Of a DNA stretch of 62,566 nt, positions 1 through 11,626 are shown one piece after another; the stretch's first letter is position 1, and each line of letters starts with the position of its first letter. The position numbers were made by a program, and so were the translations under genes. The stretch is from Aplysia californica (taxonomy: Eukaryota). The stretch spans positions 11,403-73,968 of the forward strand of contig NW_004798009.1 in assembly GCF_000002075.1 (NCBI RefSeq). Reading direction: 5' to 3'. The notes beneath the pieces are model-generated. The model was not told the DNA's origin. It saw only the letters and a program-made list of their open reading frames with translations, and ran no database searches.

Positions 1-267
1 GGGCAGAAGGCCTCGTACTCGTACTCCCGAGCAGAATATACCCCCCTCTATTATTGCGAAATGCATGAGTTCTGAATTTAGCTTCACGAAGAGGTCGGCT
101 GCCGGTGCTTAAGCAGACTTCAATTACCATACGACGAAGGGAAGACTTTGAAAGCGACTCAAAGGGAAACAGAGGGAGAAGAGGAAAGTGCGTATGTGTG
201 GCTAATTAAGGTTCCAAATGTTTTTATTTTCGCCCTCATGTACAATGTGTGGGGGTGCCAACGCGTT

Positions 268-335
<68 letters not shown>

Positions 336-347
336 TGTGTGTGTGTG
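268..347. repeat. Compound (GT)n(GA)n(GT)n microsatellite
   Basis: Directly visible. Confidence 0.95.
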
Positions 348-544
348 GGGTGGGGGGGGTGCGTATGTGTGTGTCTGCGTCTGTCTGTCACTATGTGTGT
401 GTGTTCTTTTATTTTCCTTTTGTCAAAATCACTTCCCTTTTCTTGTTACCTACAACTAACTGAACTGATCAATCATTTCACATCATCTTTATTTATTATA
501 CACACACATGTGTAGTTTTTTTTTCTTTTTTCTGGGAAGTGTTT

Positions 545-1035
545 TACGGCGCACGCATATATATGAGCGCGAGGGACACATTAAACTTTTTCAGTGGGTA
601 GGAAATTTTGAATTTTGCCCTGGTGGCGGCCGAAGCCTACTCTTATCGATTTTAGACCACCAAGGGATCTTTAACGTGCGCAGCTTGTACACGGGACCTC
701 CGAGACTTTTCGCCCTTGTCCGAGAAGTCTAGGTGTAGATCTTTCCTATCAGAAAATCAGGGGTATGGCTGAAAGACAGCCGTAAGAAAGAGCCAAGGAG
801 TAGCGGTAGAAAGGCTGCAGAAAGAGTCAGGAGCCCAGAGGAGGTGGCAAAGGGGGTGAGGGGTAGGAAGAGGATACGAAAGCAGACGACAGAACATTGC
901 AAGAGAGCAGAAAAGGAGGTGAAAGGAGATCATTTTAAAGAAGAATGTTTTTTTTCGATTGCTACCCGGATTCGAACCCTGGACCTTTGAATGAGAGGCA
1001 ACCACCTTAACCTCTAGGCCATGAGAGCCTCCTAC
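545..1035 (-). mobile_element. Probable tRNA-derived SINE
   Basis: On the - strand, A-box-like TGGCCTAGAGG and B-box GGTTCGAATCC at ~965-1022; body contains the GGGATCTTTAACGTGC..ACACGGGACCTC core I recall from invertebrate SINEs. Boundaries approximate. Confidence 0.55.
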
Positions 1036-2286
1036 AGACATGTTTACTAATACACATATATGTACCCCCCACCCTCACACACACATAAACACACACGTTA
1101 ATCCCTCACCACCACCCTCCTCCCGTGAGCAGAAAGCACAGCCTAAAAAATCAACAAGAATTTTTTTTAAACATCAAACCAAAAATCTAAGGATTTGGAT
1201 TCCTGGAACGAAGACTGGCGTCGGGTGGGAAGTAATTAGAAATAATGATTATGACCATGAATATAATCATTAATCACCCCCCCAATCGAAACTTTCACAA
1301 TGTTCATCCATTTATACAAAAACCTGCTCCAAAATTCAAAACCTCAACACCATCAGAGATGAATTTGTAGGAGTGAAAATCACTGAGTGGCCGCAATATG
1401 TGAATATGACACCACGCAATTCAAGCGGCAGAGAGTCGATTAATTCCTTGCTCAAACTCTAATCACCTCCAAACTGACTGTAACCACCTCCTAAGTCTCC
1501 TGATCCGATCTGACCCTTGCAAAAGGACCATCTGTTACAACTTACACAGTGCAGACTATTCTAGATAATTAATATGAATGAGTAGCTGAGACTCTAGAGG
1601 AGGTCTAGTTGACTTGGAAAATCATGAATAGTTATTGGAATCTCCAAACTAACAAGACAAATTTTGTAATATAAACTCAATAATAAACTAGGCAACCCCT
1701 CCTCCAGAAACTTTTTGTGGAGCCGGAATCTTTAGTGTGTCTATTCAAGAAGGGTTATCTGCGCGACACATGAGTGCGCATTTTTCTCAAGCAGTGTATG
1801 GGGCTTTAAAAAAATAATTTTAAAAAAATTACGGATTTTTATATTTCCCAAGTGGTTCTCAAAAATTTATTAGTATGACTAGAAGATAACAGCATGTTAA
1901 CAAAGCAATGGCAACATTTCATCATGAGCAGATCAAGACAACAGTAACACTTCTGAAAAGAAGTAGGAGGAGCAGACTACACCACATTGTCCACCACAAC
2001 CAGGGTGATTCTAAGAAAAGGACATAGAAGAGGAACAGAGAGAGAAAGAGGGAGAGGAAGAGAGAGAGATGGAGAGAAAGAGAGAAGAAACACAGACAGA
2101 TAGACAGCCAGNNNNNNNNNNNNNNNNNNNNNNNNNNNNNNNNNNNNNNNNNNNNNNNNNNNNNNNNNNNNNNNNNNNNNNNNNNNNNNNNNNNNNNNNN
2201 NNNNNNNNNNNNNNNNNNNNNNNNNNNNNNNNNNNNNNNNNNNNNNNNNNNNNNNNNNNNTAAAAGATGAAATACTTTGTACTCAC

Positions 2287-5200
2287 TGAATAGCAGAGTG
2301 TGAAACACAATCTTTCCAATGATTAGTCCAACTAGCGTGCCGGTGATCCACAGCAGAACTTTGAGCAGACTCCATGCATTGGGTAACCACTTCATACACA
2401 CAAAAGAAAAGTCGTTTCCAATAACAGGGATGTTGCACTCCTGCCTACTGTGGGCTACTGGATCCTCAGCATAGATAAGAAAGTTGCAAAATGTCACAAA
2501 GTACGCAGTGAAAATCCGAAAATATGGGTGCTGAAAATGATAACGAAAATCCTTCTCCATGAACAAAGAATAGACACTGCCAGCATCTACGTCATCTTTT
2601 GTGGCAATCTCAGAACTGTCTGTTCTTCCTGCCCCATTGGAGATGTAAAAAGGCACAGGTTTCGGTCTTGTCTCCCCTCCGCTTTCTGCTCTATCTCCTC
2701 CCCCTTCATCCTGAGGTTTGTTACGGTCTGGCTTCCCATTTTTCCCATTGCGACTCACAAAAGCTTCCACGGCACTCTCAAAGGCAGGGGTAACATTCTT
2801 CCTGCCACCGCTCTCTAATTTGTCGAAGGCATCCCCATCTTCGTTTGAAGCTGCAGCTGCCGTCTCAACATCTCCATCATCGTCTCGGAGGTTGATATCC
2901 TCCATACGTGTGTCATCCTCCATGCTTTCTCCTCTGCCTTTCCTCACTCGTTGCACAGAGATTTTCAGTGGCTTGTTTTCCTCTAAGCTCTGCTCGTCCG
3001 TTACTTTCTTGCGACTGAGTTTCTTCATCTCAGTCCCCCCAACACTCTGATCTGCATTGTTGTTTCTGTCACTCGTCTGAGTGACCGGCAGATCTGACTC
3101 CACAATGCAAAGTCCTTCAACTTTGGTGATCTTGGGCAATGGGGTCGCTGTCCTCCCTACAGCATAGCAGTCCTGAGAGATAAAAAATGTAATATACAGG
3201 GTCTGTGACAATTTACATATTATAAATATGATATATGGAATTGTTGCTTATCATAAATGGTATGGGTTCAGTCCCCCTTCTATCACTGTAAAGTTATCTC
3301 AATGGTATGGGTTCAGTCCCCCTTCTATCACTGTAAAGTTATCTCAAAGAGACGAGACTTTCAACGTTGACATTCATCTCCAATAGGACCATACCAAATG
3401 GTTGGAGAGCCTTGAACACTCCCCCTAACAATCAACCTTCATGAATGCCCTGATGTGAACTCCAACCAGGACAATCCATTTCATTGCCCAGCATGGAACA
3501 ATTTGACCCGAAATTCCACACGCAAAAAAAAAATCTGACTCTACAAAGCGTTATACTCTTGTGATTGACTGTTTTAATCTGGCATATCAGATTAATGGCC
3601 AGGAAAAGCAAACATGAAAATTTTTTTTTATTTTGAAAAATCTAATCAAATTGTGCCAAAATGGTAGCTTTTGCCCTTCCATGAAGGAAAACCTGGCCAC
3701 CCCTGACTATCAACGAGCAATGTGCACTATCTGAACAGCACAACTAAAATGAAGACTCATCCCCCATCTCTTTTCCTTCCACCACGTATTGCATCTTCAC
3801 CCATGACATACCAGACGAAAATACCACAACTGACATGACATACAAACACCACTAATTAACACACACAGAGCTACTCTTCACACATGTATCCTCATCTCTA
3901 TATATATATAAAATGCATAAACCTCAACCGCATAGTGCAAGTGGAAGACAACTGGAGACCTGTGGACAGCTATCCCAGGGAAAGCGCATCGAGGCAAGCC
4001 ACACTCATTTAAGCATGACGCGTCAATGCAACTCATTGTTCTTACTGCATTATATCCCTTCCTTTTACTTTTAGCCTAAAAACCCTTAGTCAACACTGCC
4101 ATTTCATGAATCTAGCAAACACCTAAAACATGCTGCAAGCACTCCCACATTGATGGTATTTTTTTGGTAGTGTATGGTCACGGGAATCTAGGTGCTTGGG
4201 CTTTGGGTTTGTTATATTTATTCAAGAAGAGTGGTATTGGGATCATCAAACATTTTTTTTCTAGCATTACCACTGATTTATAAAGCTACACTAAATACAA
4301 GTTGACATAAGTGGCCCTATCATTTATCAAAGTAGGCCACTTCCAGTCTAAATGTCTAGCAAGATATGTCAATAGAAGAAAACAAGCTGTTTTTCAAAAT
4401 TTAAGTAAAAACAGTAGCAGGATAGGCCTTCATAGCAAACCATATATTACGATCATACTATTGCTTGCTATAACTTGTAACATGTGACCCCCCCCCCCCC
4501 CCACCCCCAGCTTCATATTTATCCTTTAACTGTAGTTTTCGCGGCCCAGATTCTGCATTCCTTCTATCCAAAAACTTGACCCATACAAATCTCATCTTCC
4601 ATACAATATGAAAGCCTTAGCCTACCGAAGAAAGACAGAAAACCAGGACAGGCTGTTAAATTCAAAGAATTAGCCTATAAATTCATTATTTCCTATATTT
4701 TCTTCATTCTATCTCCTGACTAGGCCTAGTAGTAGATTCCCATTGCCCCATTAAAAAACAGACCCATAGATCTATATACAGTGGAACCTGTGTAAGACGG
4801 CCACCCATTGTCAAGGAGAAAAGGATTTTTTTTTACTCATGCACCCGTCTCACATACATGTTTTAAATATTTTTTTCAAGTAGTATTTTGCATGTTGAAC
4901 ACGAAAATGGCCTTCATTTTTTAAGCAAATCAATAATTATTGAGTCATTGATGTTTGAAAATAGAACCAGACTATGTAGGCCTACTATATTACAGTAGGA
5001 CCAATGGCGTAGTAATATTCGACTTGTCTTTAACAATATTGGGGGTTACAGGGGGGGGGGGGGCATGCCCCCCTGACCTAAAAAGAATCTGGGTCTGGGA
5101 GGTTTCAGAGGGATTATATGCCCCACTGCATTTAACCATGATTGGATCTTTTGGCAATAATTAGGATTGATATTTACTGGGGGGGGGGGGGCTTACTCCC

Positions 5201-7931
5201 CTGCATTTGCCCATTATTTTTGTTGCAATATTACGTAGATCTAACATTTTTCTTGTAAACCACTGATTTGCGGCAATTTTCATGGCCATATTTGTTTTCA
5301 GCATCCCAAAAAACATTAGCCAGGTAACCAAAAAGAGTGCTTTTGAGTGCGGGTGCATTGACAGTTAAGATTTACCGAATATAATATATATCATCTAATA
5401 TAAAATATTTTAATTAATTAATGTAATGGACCAAAGAATAGGGGCGGGCACGAGACGAGCCGAGTACTCGTTTCTCGCTAGAAACGCCCTTCTCGTCGCT
5501 GCCCGAGCACTAAACTACTGCTCAGCACCGAGACATGACATTGCTCGTTGGCTTGACATAACGAGTAACAGTAATGAGAGTAAGAGAGTGAGAGGCGAGA
5601 AATGACAACGCAGAGAGTGCCACCCATCACCGTGCCATCCTGTGTGTGAAACTGAAAGGGAGGGGAGAGGGTGGCGAGACGAGGCGAGTGGGGAGTTGAT
5701 CAGGGCCTAAGCCTAGGTCGTCTCCCTACCGTCCTTCACCGCCTGCGCCTGCACACCAGGGCAAGCCTAGTTTCTAAGTTTAGATCCGTTGGCCTTCCCA
5801 CTAAACAAGTTGCTCGTTCTGTGGGGCGGGAAGAGAAATCTCGGCCACGGCCGGCCTTCTCGCTGAACGAGCGGCTCGAACTGCGGGGCGAGAAGAGAAA
5901 TTGGTCACGAGACGAGAAACATTGCTTGAGACACGAGACGAGAAGTATTTCTCGTTCCCGGGACTGGTCCCGGCGAGAAGTAAGTCAGCTTCTCGGTCTT
6001 CTCGCTCGGGAAGGAAAAATCTAAGCACTTCCCGCCCGTCTCTACCAAAGAGTCTACATAACAAGAGGGTCTACTCCTCTCTTTGAGCCAATTAAAAAAG
6101 TGTCCTCAAAATTCGGTGGCGCCCTCTTTGCAAATGCGCACCCTTTGCAAACAGAGTTACCCTACTTTTGTTTTAAAAATCAAAGTGAAACTAACGAGTT
6201 TTTTATTAAATAAAAATTCAAATTTCGGAAGAACGCTTTTTTAAAATGGTGACGTTGACAAAAAACCTCTTCCGGAGGAAAGGGCGACTGTTTTCTTCGT
6301 TTAATTTGACTTTAGAATGAGAGGCGAGAGGTCATTAAAAAAAAAAAAAAAACTAAAACTCCGCACTGAAAACCCCCGAACAGCTGATTAACAGCAGTCG
6401 ATCTGCGCACGCAAGGAGATGCTATTCCTATTCTTCTTCTGGAGAAACGAAAGAGAGCTTCAAAACAGACTGTAGCGCCATCTGAAACCAAGAGCGGACT
6501 TCCGGCGGACACTTTTTTTAGCAGAGGGGACCATCTTGTTATGTACTATCTTGGAATAGACGGCAAATAAGAGCGTATAGAAATCTAGCCTAGTATAATT
6601 CATTAGTAGAGTCTAGATCTACATCTAGATTTACATTCTAAATTCTGTAAGATTGAAGAATACCGGACCAGCAGACTGAGTTTGCCTATGTCTCAACTTT
6701 AGGAATTCATAATTTTCCTGTTTTTAATATCTCTCAATGGAGAATCTCGGACCGGTAGATCTATTCATTAAAATTTTGTCAGGGGGGAGACCCCCCTGAA
6801 CCCCCTCCCTCCCCCCTCCTCCTCCCCAACCACCCGCCCCACCTACCCCCACATTCTCGCGAAATGATGTACGAGTGGTCCGGTATTCTTCAATCTTTCC
6901 CTAAATTCTATTATTTACTTAGTAAACTGACTGCTTGGACAGGGGTGTGACTATATCTAGATCTAGATCTAGATCTAGACAGAGTCTAGGCTAGGCTAGG
7001 GTAGCCTCTAGGGGGCTTTTTCGGTAGTTCCCACCCCGCAATTGTTATTCACGGGTTTTGGCCACAAGAGTAGAGGGGTTTCAGGAGGGCTTGCCGCCCT
7101 GATCTAATAAAAATAGGAAGGGGGGTTTCTGGGGGGCATGCCCCCCTGATTTTTACCATAATTTAATGTTTTGCAGTTGTTAGGTTTGATATCTTAGCTC
7201 ACCGCGAATCAAACGTATAGATCTAGATCTAGATGTAGGTCAGGCTCAAATAAGGGGGGTGGGAACTACCGAAAAAGCACCGAATCGAGGACTAATCTAG
7301 ATTCTAGATCTAGATCTAGATCTAGATCTAGGTGTAGATCTAGATTTTCTAGATTCTACTATTTAGTTAAAGGCTAAAGGAACCGACTCTATCTCAATAT
7401 TTTAACACAACAATTAAAGACTAGAGTCTAGATCTAGATCTAGATCTAGATCTAGATCTAGATCTAGATATATGCATTTTTTTACCAGATCTACATCTAT
7501 CTCTATATCTATACTCTAGATATAGATTCTAGATCTAGACTCTAGATATAGATCTAGATATAGATTAGATCTACGAAAAGTAATACGAAACGGATAATGA
7601 AAGTAGACTGAAATCGTCTGCTGTTTGTGAATCGTCGTGTGTATGGCATGGCAACGCGGAAAAAAAAGAGAGAAAGAGAAAAACGATATCACTTAGTTAC
7701 GCTTAGTGTAACAGGTGGCATGTAATATAATCTAAATATTTACATACAGTACTGTGGTTACTATGCCAAGGCACAGCTAGAGGCCGATGCTTTGTTATTT
7801 ACACCTACCTCCTCTTCTTCTAAAGCACTGTTGTTGTAACTTCCTGATTCCTGTCCTCCATCTTGTGCATCGTTGACGCTCGACTTCGCCGATTTGGGGC
7901 TCAGCACGATTTTATCTTCAATTTTTGTCAT
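2287..7931 (-). CDS. TMEM117: Transmembrane protein 117 homolog, 5' part (coding exons 7809-7931 and 2287-3172; remaining exons not found, probably left of the window)
   Basis: Exon 2 encodes MEKDFRYHFQHPYFRIFTAYFVTFCNFLIYAEDPVAHSRQECNIPVIGNDFSFV...LLKVLLWITGTLVGLIIGKIVFH, which I recognise as the TMEM117 N-terminal signature (KDFRYYFQHP...FNFLIFAEDPVSHS). Acceptor tctcag|GAC at 3172, donor TTCA|gtgagt at 2287. Exon 1 runs ATG 7931 to GAG|gtaggt at 7809 (41 codons, phase 0) and joins exon 2 in frame; exon 1 is less certain than exon 2. Confidence 0.88.
5432..6553. mobile_element. P-element-like MITE ('element X' copy 1), left terminus interrupted by the hAT element
   Basis: Imperfect TIR CAAAGAGTCTACATAACAAGAG / CAAGATAGTACATAACAAGAT(rc); degenerate 8-bp flanks taatggac/gaatagac; second inverted copy at 9422-11790. 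Superfamily inferred from CA..TG ends and the 8-bp flanks. Confidence 0.6.
5439..6044. mobile_element. Non-autonomous hAT-type element
   Basis: TIRs TAGGGGCGGGC / TAGAGACGGGC(rc); 8-bp TSD ccaaagaa (5431-5438) / ccaaagag (6045-6052); subterminal CGAG-rich repeats. Confidence 0.75.
6647..6900. mobile_element. Mutator-like MITE
   Basis: TIR AAGATTGAAGAATACCGGACCA at both ends; perfect 9-bp TSD ctaaattct (6638-6646, 6901-6909). Confidence 0.8.
7012..7281. mobile_element. MITE with 26-bp TIRs
   Basis: GGGGCTTTTTCGGTAGTTCCCACCCC at left, near-perfect inverse at 7256-7281; no clear TSD. Confidence 0.7.
7296..7573. repeat. Palindromic (TAGATC)n arrays with variant units
   Basis: At least six consecutive TAGATC units from 7429, plus TAGATTC, TAGAGTC, TAGACTC and TAGATA variants. 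Confidence 0.9.
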
Positions 7932-8120
7932 CTTGACGTCTCGTCAGCTTTGCCCCGCCTCCGACAGACACTGGCACTCTCTCGAGGTGAAATAAGCCAC
8001 GCCTTCATGCATAAGTAATGATTGTGAGGGTCATTTCCGGTTTCATATTTGCTGAACAGCTGGCTTTCTAATTTTGCTTTGTTTTCTGTTATTACGTGGT
8101 ATTCTTTCTGGTATCATAAA
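7932..8120. promoter_or_regulatory. TMEM117 promoter region, possibly shared with RFWD3
   Basis: Upstream of the TMEM117 ATG; contains CRE-like TGACGTC, GC-box GCCCCGCC and ETS-like ATTTCCGG in a repeat-free stretch between transposon clusters. Confidence 0.45.
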
Positions 8121-8987
8121 ATAATTTCATAATCTTTATTTTGGCAAGGAATATTATATGATGGTAAAAACAGAAAATTGAAAACTATTGTAGAGGGAAA
8201 TATATCTTTTGTTCCGTAAATCGTTTATTTTTATCTGATTTTTCCCGCTAATTCAGTGAATTGTAATTTGCCAGATTAGTATTTAGTTTCATACAAAGTA
8301 GCAAAACACTAGGCCTCCTTATAACACGTGAGAAGCGTAAAAATAAGCACCAGTTGAAAACCTCTTAGAGATTTAAGAAATTTGTTCAACATTTTATGAG
8401 TTTCACAATAGAATCCATAGATCTGTTTAATTGTAAGAAAGGAAATTATGAATGTATTTTCTTTTTCAAATTATTTAAGACATTAATTTTAGTCTCTACA
8501 TTTGACATTTATGTCTACCAAACACAAGAGAGTACCGCAGTCCGGAATATCTGGCATATTTTGCTTTTGTTCATCAATGTTCAAGTGGAAGTCTTGAGTC
8601 TTGAGGCTCATGATGGCATCAAATTCAATGACTTTTCAACGTGACAAAGTTTGAGCATGAAAGACTGAAATAAATAGTTTTATAACGAAGGGAACGGAAT
8701 AGATCTAGATTCTAGATCTAAATCTAGTAAGAAAAAACAATGAATCGTCCTAGTTAAGTAGGCCCTCCTCATTTCTCATACACTCACCTGATAGGCTACT
8801 CATTCAATTTCAACTCATTTTTTTAGTAACCGGTGGGTATACAATACATTCTTTCACTTCATTTCACGCTCTGGTTTTATGCCCTTTCTTGTTCATTTTT
8901 ATCCGCTTTACCAGAACATTGACTTCATATAGATCTATATATTCATTACAAAGGTAAATTTTTACTTTCACTCCCACACTCTGATGA

Positions 8988-9172
8988 GGGAGGACTTCGT
9001 AACGAGCGACCACCCCATCAAACACAATAAAGAAGAGGCCTAACCCTACCCCTACCCCAAACTCAAACCCTAACCCTACCCCTACCACTAACCCTACCCC
9101 TAACCCTAACCCTACCCCTAGCCCTCAGTTCTGCTCTGTCTCATAGTGGTCGCTCGTTACAGAAGTCCTCCC
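8988..9172. mobile_element. MITE with internal degenerate (TAACCC)n repeats
   Basis: TIR GGGAGGACTTC(T)GTAACGAGCGACCAC at both ends; CCTAAC/CCTACC array ~9039-9123; relatives at ~12060-12143 and 58792-59199. Confidence 0.7.
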
Positions 9173-9281
9173 ATCATATTACTATGCCTACGAGACAGAG
9201 TAGTTAGTACAGAGGGGCAAGAGTTCATTATTAATATTAGGAATTAGAAAGGCACTCCTGTACAATTGCGGTCCCGTGATA

Positions 9282-9397
9282 CGGGGTGCCCACAACGGCT
9301 GGATCGGGCCAATCGCCTGAAACTGAAAACAAACACGTTCGTTTTTTAGGCGATCGAGTCAGGCGATCGGCCGATCACATCAGTAGTGGGCACCCTG
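9282..9397. mobile_element. Tiny Tc1/mariner-type MITE
   Basis: TA|CGGGGTGCCCAC...GTGGGCACCCTG|TA; relatives at 54847-54946 and ~35070-35250. Confidence 0.7.
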
Positions 9398-9706
9398 TAT
9401 AATTAGATCTAGATCTAGCACTGTCTGCCGAAAGTCCGCTCTTTGCTTCAGATGGCGCTGCTGTGCCAAGCTGCTGTCTGTTTTGAAGCTCTCTTTCGTT
9501 TCTCCAGAAGAAGAATAGGAATAGCTCCTCCTTGCGTGCGCTGATCGACTACTGTTCATCAGCTGTTCAGGTTCGTTCAGTGCGGAGTTTTAGGGTTTTT
9601 TTAAATTTTAATGACCTCTGCCTCTCATTCTAAAGTCAAATTAAACAAAGAAAATAGTCGCCTCTACCAGGAAGAAGTTTTTCGTCAGTGTAACCATTTT
9701 AAAAAA

Positions 9707-10788
9707 GGAGTGTATACAGACCCGGTAACCGGGAATAAAGTCACAAAGTATACAGACCCGGTAGGGGAACTCTTTTGTAAGAAAGTGGTTATTCTCACCC
9801 GCCCGGAAGTTCTCGCAAGATCAACTCCTCCCCTCTTCTCTCTCTCTCCGTCTCTTTCTGAATACTGTTTATCGGTGTGGACGATCAAATTGACCAAAAC
9901 AAAGTTAAAAAATGATATTAAAACACAAAAGTAAATAAATTTGGTTGTCTACAAAGATGCTACGGCTATTTAACTTTTCGAATCAAGCCGAACTACGCGG
10001 GTCGCCATTTTGTTTTGTCCGGAAATTCTCGCGCTACTCCTCTCTCTCTTTCTCTCTCTCTCTCCACTGCCCACAGACAAAATTGTACGCTTTTAGTAGG
10101 CTACAATTGTAATGGAACGTTTGTTCACGGCACAGAATTCTACAATTTTTCTGTTATCACAGTGTAGAATTCTGTGGTTTAGGGTGAACGCAAAATTCGG
10201 TGAACGCACACCGGGTGAGAATAGCCACAAGACTCGCCTGCACTATTCTCACTCCCGGTGAGAATAGAGGTGGCCCTTTTGTAATTTCGGAAAGTTTCAG
10301 CACCCTCTTGGCTCAGGGTAGAACTAGGTTCTTCTAGACCTATGGCCTAGGTCTAGATCTAGACAGACAGATATAAATCATTGATCTAGTTTCGAGGCTA
10401 GCCTAGATCTAGATTTAAAACTAAATGAAAATTGCGGATGTCTTTTCGATGAATGATTGTTTTTCCCCTGTTTTGGAGTTGGAGGAATCACAATTTGAAG
10501 AAAAGAACAATCACACAATGTCATAATNNNNNNNNNNNNNNNNNNNNNNNNNNNNNNNNNNNNNNNNNNNNNNNNNNNNNNNNNNNNNNNNNNNNNNNNN
10601 NNNNNNNNNNNNNNNNNNNNNNNNNNNNNNNNNNNNNNNNNNNNNNNNNNNNNNNNNNNNNNNNNNNNNNNNNNNNNNNNNNNNNNNNNNNNNNNNNNNN
10701 AAACTTTCCGAAATCACAAAAGAGTTCCCCTACCGGGTCTGTATACTTCGTGACTTTGTTCCCGGTTACCGGGTCTGTATACACTTCG
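9707..10788. mobile_element. Mutator-like element with long TIRs (contains an assembly gap)
   Basis: TIR >70 bp (AGTGTATACAGACCCGGTAACCGGGAA...); 9-10-bp TSD ttttaaaaa(a); the empty site is visible in the paralog at ~6232-6250. Confidence 0.85.
9781..10275. mobile_element. Mutator-like MITE (family B, copy 1) inserted in the left TIR of the previous element
   Basis: 9-bp TSD cttttgtaa (9772-9780, 10276-10284); the uninterrupted sequence is present in the host's right TIR; inverted paralog at 56474-57206. Confidence 0.85.
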
Positions 10789-10833
10789 TTTTAAAAAAGC
10801 GTTCTTCCGAAATTTGAATTCTTATTTATTCAA

Positions 10834-11626
10834 GGGTCAGCTCTACTCGGACTCGAGTCCGAATATGGGTTTTATCTATTCGGACTAGGGTCCGAAAAAA
10901 ATGTTTTATTCATTCGGACTTCACTTCTAAGTGAGTTATGTGAGTGTAAGGAGGTTACATGATTAAACTGTCGTCGGGGGATTTTACGTAAATCCAGAAT
11001 AAGAAGTAGAATTGCAGACACCGACAAGGACTGTGTAATTGTGTCAAAAGTAAAAAGACTGCACTCTCATTAGATCTACCCAATGGCAGTACACGGTACA
11101 ACCGACAACTCATGGTCTTTCCACCACCACTCACTACAGCATCATCATTACATCCACCACCATTTGTCTTTCCTCGTGTTTAAATAAAATTTCATTTTGT
11201 TGTGTGTTGTAATTTTTCTGTAATTATTTTTTTTAAATCACATCGCACAAAACCGATTTTCTGTAATTATTTTTTTTAAATCACATCGCACAAAACAGAC
11301 AGCCAATACCTCTTCCCACAGCAAGCCGGGAGTGCGATATCGCTTCGCACAATCTCATTGGTCGACTTAATTTACTTTGCCCCGGGCAAGGTCAACTCAT
11401 CTTAGTTGTTCTGTTCAAACTAATGATTCAAGGAGGGCCAGTTTAGATAGATCTAGTAACTGGATATTAAAGCTCACATTACGATTGTTATCATAATCAA
11501 CAACAAAAATTCATGAATGCTGGAAATATTTAGGAACAAGGGTCGGAAGTCGGAAGGGATGTCATGCTAGACTCATTTCAGAGTCCTCCGAATATAATTT
11601 TTGTCTATATTCGAATAGTCACTTCG
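10834..11626. mobile_element. Mutator-like insertion (family C) in element X copy 2
   Basis: TSD ttattcaa (10826-10833, 11627-11634); subterminal TCGGA/TCCGAA repeats; absent from X copy 1. Confidence 0.7.

Noticed and set aside
148-515. ORFs with ERERER/VCVCVC runs
   Set aside because: Translations of the (GT)n(GA)n microsatellite.
1922-2286. Hydrophobic C-terminal extension of the 429-aa ORF
   Set aside because: Read-through past the gtgagt donor at 2286 into an N-gap and a CT-rich repeat; not TMEM117-like.
9039-9123. True telomere or chromosome-fusion site
   Set aside because: Short, degenerate, single-orientation array enclosed by MITE TIRs.
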